NCBI RefSeq assembly: GCF_009914755.1
Contig: NC_060929.1
Source: the human T2T-CHM13v2.0 reference genome, Homo sapiens
Direction: 5' to 3' (one strand)
Length of the DNA stretch: 64,000 bases
Each line of letters begins with the position of its first letter. Positions within the stretch are counted from its first letter, which is position 1. This document shows positions 57,640-64,000 of the stretch, one piece after another. The translations under genes were made by a program, and so were the position numbers. Below the pieces are notes generated by a model. The model was not told the origin of the DNA. It saw only the letters and a program-made list of their open reading frames with translations, and did no database searches.

Positions 57640-58145
57640 TGACTCTCAAACTTCAGGGAGTCTAAAAGTCAACTGGGAGAAATTGTTAAAAAAATAGAGT
57701 CTAGCTCCTCAGCTGGGCACGGTGGCTCACGCCTGTAATCCCAGCACTTTGGGAGGCCAAGGCAGGTGGATCACAAGGTCAGGAGAATAGAGACCATCCT
57801 GACTAACACAGTGAAACTCCATCTCTACTAAAAGTACAAAAAAAATTAGCTGGACGTGATGGTGAGTGCCTGTAGTCCCAGCTACTCAGGAGGCTGAGGC
57901 AGGAGAATGGTGTGAACCTGGGAGGCAGAGCTTGCAGTGAGCCGAGATGGTGCCACAGCACTCCAGCCTGGGCGACAGTGCGAGACTCCATCTCAAAAAA
58001 AAAAAAAAAGAAAAAGAAAAGAAATTCTGGCTCCTCAATTAAAGAGTCTGATTCAGTAGGTCAGGGTGAGGCCCAGGAATCTACATTTTAACAAATAGTC
58101 TCATGAGTTTTATGTAGGAGATCAGGAGACTACACTTGATAAAAG
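57640..58145. mobile_element. MER5A MITE split by an Alu
   Basis: TCTCAAACTTCAG...TTGTTAAAA [Alu] AGAGTCTGATTCAGTAGGTCAGGGTGAGGCCCAGGAATCTACATTTTAACAA. Confidence 0.7.
57711..58022 (+). mobile_element. AluY-like
   Basis: GACCATCCTGACTAACAC, GAGAATGGTGTGAACC, GAGCTTGCAGTGAG; TSD TCT(A/G)GCTCCTCA. Confidence 0.96.
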
Positions 58146-60751
58146 GCTACTATAGAAATCTCTACTGTCTCTTCTAACACTAATTACACTAATTTTATAG
58201 TTTCTAGAATTTTCAGAACCTTCATTTCTAACAATTTCAGCATATAGTGTTTATAATAATACATTATTCTATAGAAAATTTGTTTAGAGGAACATATTGG
58301 ATTTTAAATCATTGAGGATTTTGAACAAGGCTGCAGGGCAAGTTAGAGATGACTGGGACCATCTTTGTTCCAGTTCACACTCTTCCCCACTGATTGAAGG
58401 AACAGATGGAGGAGAAGCAACTTCAGTGTCACTGAAAAAAATACTTTATTGCCAGATATGAAGAAACTCCTTCATTTTAATAAACAGAGAAATTGGGATT
58501 TCAGAAAGCAAATCTATATGTAGTAGATCTCAGCTTTAATATTCTGATATTCTAAATCATTAGCAATGTATGGTTTATATTTGCTGTTTTATTACCTTTT
58601 TCTATCGTGAATTTCCCTTCAATCCTCAACCTCATATGCTTTCCTATCAACTTTACCAGATGTCTCATTCTATCTGATACTGTACTTGTCTGCAATACAA
58701 ATGACTACTATTTAGAGAGTCCAATATCTTTGTATATACAAATTATTCAGATATATTTTTGTGTGTGTATATATATATGGTTTTTAACATTTAGAAATGT
58801 CGAATCTCTCAAAATGTTGCATGTATATTAGCAGCAGCTTCTGCTTTACAAATAAATGATGTTTTTTCATTATTTTCCAATTTAACAGGATTTATTCCAT
58901 TCACTCATTACGTCAGTGAATTATTTTCTTCTAATATCAAGAAGACCAATAACTTCTTAGAATGTGCATCCCTTCTGTAAGAGAACAAGGGTAAGAGAAT
59001 AATACATCTTCCTTCAAGGGTGCTTGCTTTCTTCGTTGAAAATCAAAACCAATCCTCTCCACGTTCAGTCATAGTCTAATATGTGTTTCCAAGCTATTTT
59101 CTTTTCAAAGATTTGTACTTTTAAGTGAGGTATGATATGTTTTAAGCTTTATCAAAAGAGATGTTGGGATATACCTACTGTGGAGTCAATCTATGCTGTT
59201 CAAGATATTTTGTAAAGTTTTTTGATTACTTTGGGAGAAAAAATGATCTCTATTTCATTTATCTCCTCAAATTACTTACAGAGTGAATGCTTGCTTTGGA
59301 ATGCTGACTCCAACAGTTTATTAGATCTAATTTTTGAATGCAAATTGAGCATATTCTAGATGCAAAAAGGTGCCATACATTTTACTAAGAATGCAATGAA
59401 CTGTAAGACTTGATCTCTATCTCCAAGATTATTTGAGCTGTGTTTATACACATTTTACCTTTTAGATCATATATTGTAAAATAGATATTATTATTATTCC
59501 AATCTTATAGACTGAGCATCTAAACCCAGTGTAACACACCTCCCAAGTGTTAAAACTGGGTTCTAAACCTCATATTTCAATGATACTTCTAGAACTCTTT
59601 CTACTACATCCGGTAATAATATTAAAAACAAAATGTATATAATTTCAGTGAACATTATTGAAAGTTTTGTGATACTTATCTTAATTCCTCCCATTATGTG
59701 GCAAATATAATATCCCAGATGGTTTTGTAAAATTAGAGAAATCTTGTTTGAACAGCAGTGTTGAGAAAATGAGACTGCTAAAAATTTTAGAGAACCAAAC
59801 TCCTCATTATTTTTCTTTGAAGGTACATGATAAATTACCTATCCTTAAATTCTCATGTAGTCATTTTATATACCAGAAAGATATTTAATATTATATTGTT
59901 ATGCCATCGCACACTGAACAGTTGAAAATTGGTGTAATTTAGTTCATGTAGGAAGCTGTTAAGACCCTTAAAGTAAAAACCTTTTAAACTGAAAATCTTT
60001 CCTGGACTATTAAAAGTATCAATTGTTTTATAGTCTGACAAATCGCAGTTCAACTATAGTTAATAACATGCTTTTAATAAAGAAAAGACATAAAGTACTG
60101 TACTTTCCTACCTTTTCATGTTAACAGGAAACAATTTTCCAGTTTCTTTCAGTCTCCAACTGCCAAGAAAAAAAAAGATTTGAAACAAATTCTCAAAACC
60201 GACAATACTACACTACAATTGGATTGCTGGAAATACATTACAGAGACAGATTTTACATGCTATAAATTTTTCAAACATTGATGGTGAGTAATTAACCTTT
60301 ACTGGAATGTGTATGTATGCTGTACTCTTACGCAGCTAAAATTTCTTTAGTCCCTTTTCATTACATAGTTACTCTAGGACTGGAGATGAATAAATTAATA
60401 AAGATTGCTATTTAAAAATAATGCCTAGGGGGTTGACAGTGGGAGGTAAAGTCAAGATTAAGATGAGCACTGGCATAAATATTACTCTTTTTTCTATTTT
60501 TCTCCAACTTCATTGCAGCCCTTTCTCTCTGCACTCTGGACATAAAATCTTTAAACTTCACTCTTTTTCTCTGCTAAGAAACTTCCCATCCCCTTGTTTT
60601 TCCTACTGACAGCTGATTTGTCACATCTCTAAGGGGTAATTCCTAATCTCTTCGACCAATCAATTCTCTGAGATATATTTTTTCCAGAGTCATATATCTC
60701 TGCTTAGGAGTATTTATCAATAGTTTAATTATCTTTTTAGCTGTGTGATTG

Positions 60752-62744
60752 CAGGCATACTTCATTTAATTGCACATCACTTTATTAAGCATCACAGATA
60801 TAGCATTTTTTACAAATTGAAGGTTTAGGCAACCCTGCATCTAACAAGTCTATCAGCACCATTTGTTCAACAGCATGTCTCACTTCATGTCTCTGTGTCA
60901 CATTTTCTAATTCTTGCAACTTCTCAAATTGATTATTATTATATCTATTATGGTGACCTGTGATCAGTGATCTTTGATGTTACTACTGTAATTGTTTTGG
61001 GGTCTTCGTAAAAACTTGAGTGGTCTTGATAGAAGATCAAACCAGCCACTATATTCCCTTAAACTGAAGCCTAATCCAGAGCAAGGCCCCCAACTGTCTT
61101 TAATTCTATGAGGGCTGAGAGAGGTGAGGAAGTTACAGAAGAACAGTTATAAGCTAGCAGAGGCTGATTCATGAGGTTTAAGGAAAGAAACCATTTCCAT
61201 AACACAAAAGTATATGGTGGACAGCAAGTGCTGATACAGAAGCTGCAGCAAGTTATCCAGAAGATCTAGCTAAGGTTCATTGATGAATTTGGCTACACTA
61301 AACAATAGATTTTCAATGTAAAGAAGGCAGCCTCATATTGGAAGAAGATGTCATGTAGGACTTTCATAGCTAGAGAGATGAACTCAATGCTTGGCTTCAA
61401 ATCTTCAAAAGACACGCTGATTTTCTTGTTTGGGAATAATGCAGCTGGTGACTTTACCTTAAAGCCAATGTTCATTTACCATTCTGGAAATCCTAGGCCC
61501 CTTAAGAATTATGCAAAATCTACTCTGTATATGCTCTATAAATAGAACAACAAAATCTGGATGACAGCACATCTGTTCACAGCATGGTTTACTGAATATT
61601 TTAAGTCCACTGTTGAAACCTACTGCTTAGAAGACAGATTCTTTTCAAAATAATACTGCTCATTGACAATGTATTTAGTCATCCAAGAGCTCTTTTGGAG
61701 ATGTACAAGGAGATTAATGTTGTTTCCATGCTAGCACAACATCTATTCTGTAGCCCAAGGATCAAGGAGTAATTTCAACTTTCAGGTTTTATTATTTAAG
61801 AAATAAATTTCATAAAGCTATAGCTGCCATAGATAGTGATTTCTCTGATGAGTCTGGGCAAAGTCAAATGAAAATCTCTGAAAAGGAAAAGCTGTTCTAG
61901 ATGCCATTATGAACATATGTGAATCATGGGAGGGGGTTAAAATGTCAATATTAATAGGAGTTTGGAAGAAGTTGATTCCAACCTTCATGGATGACTTTGA
62001 GGGGTTCAAAACTTCAGTAGAGGAAGAAACTCCAGATGTGATAGAAATAGCAAGATAACTAAAATTAGAAGCGGATCATGAAGATGTAACTGAATTGTTT
62101 CAATCTTAGGATAAAACTTGAGCAGATGGAGAGTTGTTTCTTAAGGATAAGCAAAGAAAGTGGTTCCTTGAGATGAAAACTACTTCTGGTGAGGATGCTG
62201 TGAACATTGTTCATATGGCAGCAAAGAATTTAGAATATTCCAAAAACTTAGTTGATAAAGCAGAGGCAGAGTTTGAGAGGATTGACTCCAGTTTTGAAAG
62301 ACATTCTACTGTGGATAAAATTCTATCACACAGCATTGCATGCTACAGAAAAATATTTCATGAAAGGAAAAATAAATAGATATGACAAGCTTCATTGTTA
62401 TCTTAAGTACCTGCCACAGTCATCCCAACCTTGAACAGCCACCACCCTGATCAGTCAGCAGCCATCAACATCAAGGCAAGATTCTCCATTGTCAAAAAGA
62501 TTAGGACTTGCTGAAGGTTCACATAATCATTAGCATTTTTTAGCAATAAAGTATTTTTATTTAAAGTATGTAGATTGCTGTTTAGACATAATAATACTGC
62601 ATACTTAATAGACTGCAGTATAGTGTAAACACAACTTTTATATGCACTGTGAAACCAACAAATTCATGAGACTCACTTTATTGCAATATTCACTTTATTA
62701 TGACAGTATGGGACAAAATTTTCAGCATCACTGAGCTATGTCTG
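60752..62744 (+). mobile_element. Tigger1 DNA transposon (TcMar), internally deleted, transposase disrupted
   Basis: TIR CAGGCATAC... / ...GAGCTATGTCTG followed by TA; transposase peptides [37 protein letters not shown] and QRKWFLEM. Confidence 0.93.
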
Positions 62745-62872
62745 TATTTAATTTGCTTCTATTTTCTGTATGGCATAAGTCACATAAGAGCATGGTTGGT
62801 GTTTATGTGGTTAGACAGTGTTTGGCATTGTTTATTGAATTTGCTAACAAATATCTGCCTAGGTTAAGATAG

Positions 62873-63411
62873 GGAGAAGTGAAGCCAGCTGGGCTTCTGG
62901 GTCTGGTGGGGACTTGGAGAACTTTTCTGTCTAGCTAGAGGATTGTAAATGCACCAATCAGCATTCTGTAAAAATAGACCAATCAGCATTCTGTAAAAAC
63001 GGACTAATTAGCACTCTGTAAAATGGACGAGTCAGCACTCTGTAAAATGGACCAATCAGCAGGACATGGGTGGGGCCAAATAAGGGAATAAAGGCTGGCT
63101 ACCCCAGCCAGCAGCAGCAACCTGCTTGGGTCTCCTTCCGTTGGTGTGGAAGCCGTGTTCTTTCGCTCTTCATAATAAATCTTGCTGCTGCTTACTCTTT
63201 GGGTCCACAGCGACTTTAAGAGTGGCTTTATTCCTGAAGTCAGCGAGAACACGAACCCACTGGCAGGAGCAAACAACTCCGGACGTGGCACCTTTAAGAG
63301 CTGTAACACTCACTGCGAGGACCGTGGCTTCATTCTTGAAGTCAATGAGACCAAGAACCCACCAGAAGGAAGAAACTCCGGACACATCTGAAGGAACCAA
63401 CTCTGGACACA
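62873..63411 (+). mobile_element. Solo LTR12
   Basis: GGAGAAGTGAAGCCAGCTGGGCTTCTGGG...CCAATCAGC units...CTCTGGACACA; perfect TSD ATAG (62869-62872 / 63412-63415). Confidence 0.94.
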
Positions 63412-63681
63412 ATAGTACCTACATTCTTATCTCCCCATTGAGCTCCTCTGCTTTTTCTTCAGTTGTTTATTTATGGGTTAGTTTTGTCACAGCCAAAGCA
63501 GTCTTTGCACTGGATTCATGCTTCTAGTTCCACTTGATTTTTTAAAAATATTTAATTAAAAGGATCTAGTTCTATGTTTTTGTGTTTAATTACGTTAGTG
63601 ATAAAAACATTGTGAGCTTAATGAATAAAAAAAATTCAATTGGAATATTTCATAGTATTTTATTACTAAAGTTATCATTTA

Positions 63682-63971
<290 letters not shown>

Positions 63972-64000
63972 AAAGTTATCATTAAATGCTCAACTCACAA

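Noticed and set aside
61293-62434. Domesticated TIGD-like transposase gene
   Set aside because: The ORF is broken into short pieces and its N-terminal region is deleted; an ordinary decayed Tigger1

Overview
AT-rich, repeat-dense primate (human-like) non-coding DNA, either intergenic or deep intronic. I find no intact cellular protein-coding gene, RNA gene or CRISPR array. Almost all ORFs in the track are translations of Alu, L1, LTR, Tigger or simple repeats. Main content: (1) an internally deleted HERV-K(HML-3)/HERVK9 provirus with two MER9 LTRs and a perfect 6-bp TSD (41641-46053); (2) four solo LTR12 (HERV9) elements; (3) several MaLR/ERVL LTRs; (4) a 5'-truncated L1PA15/16-type element with nested MST and Alu; (5) a Tigger1; (6) 14 Alus plus MIR, L2 and MER fragments. 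I see no new multi-gene system. The most unusual structures are an apparently chimeric retroelement (MLT2D LTR + MLT1 internal + MLT1 LTR bounded by one near-perfect TSD), a 204-bp locally templated insertion that splits an L2, a CRE/forkhead/homeobox motif cluster followed by a candidate micro-exon, several strong + strand exon candidates, and a compound (TTC)7(TGC)12 repeat. Repeat subfamily names come from recalled consensus sequences, not from a search, and the boundaries of old repeats are approximate.
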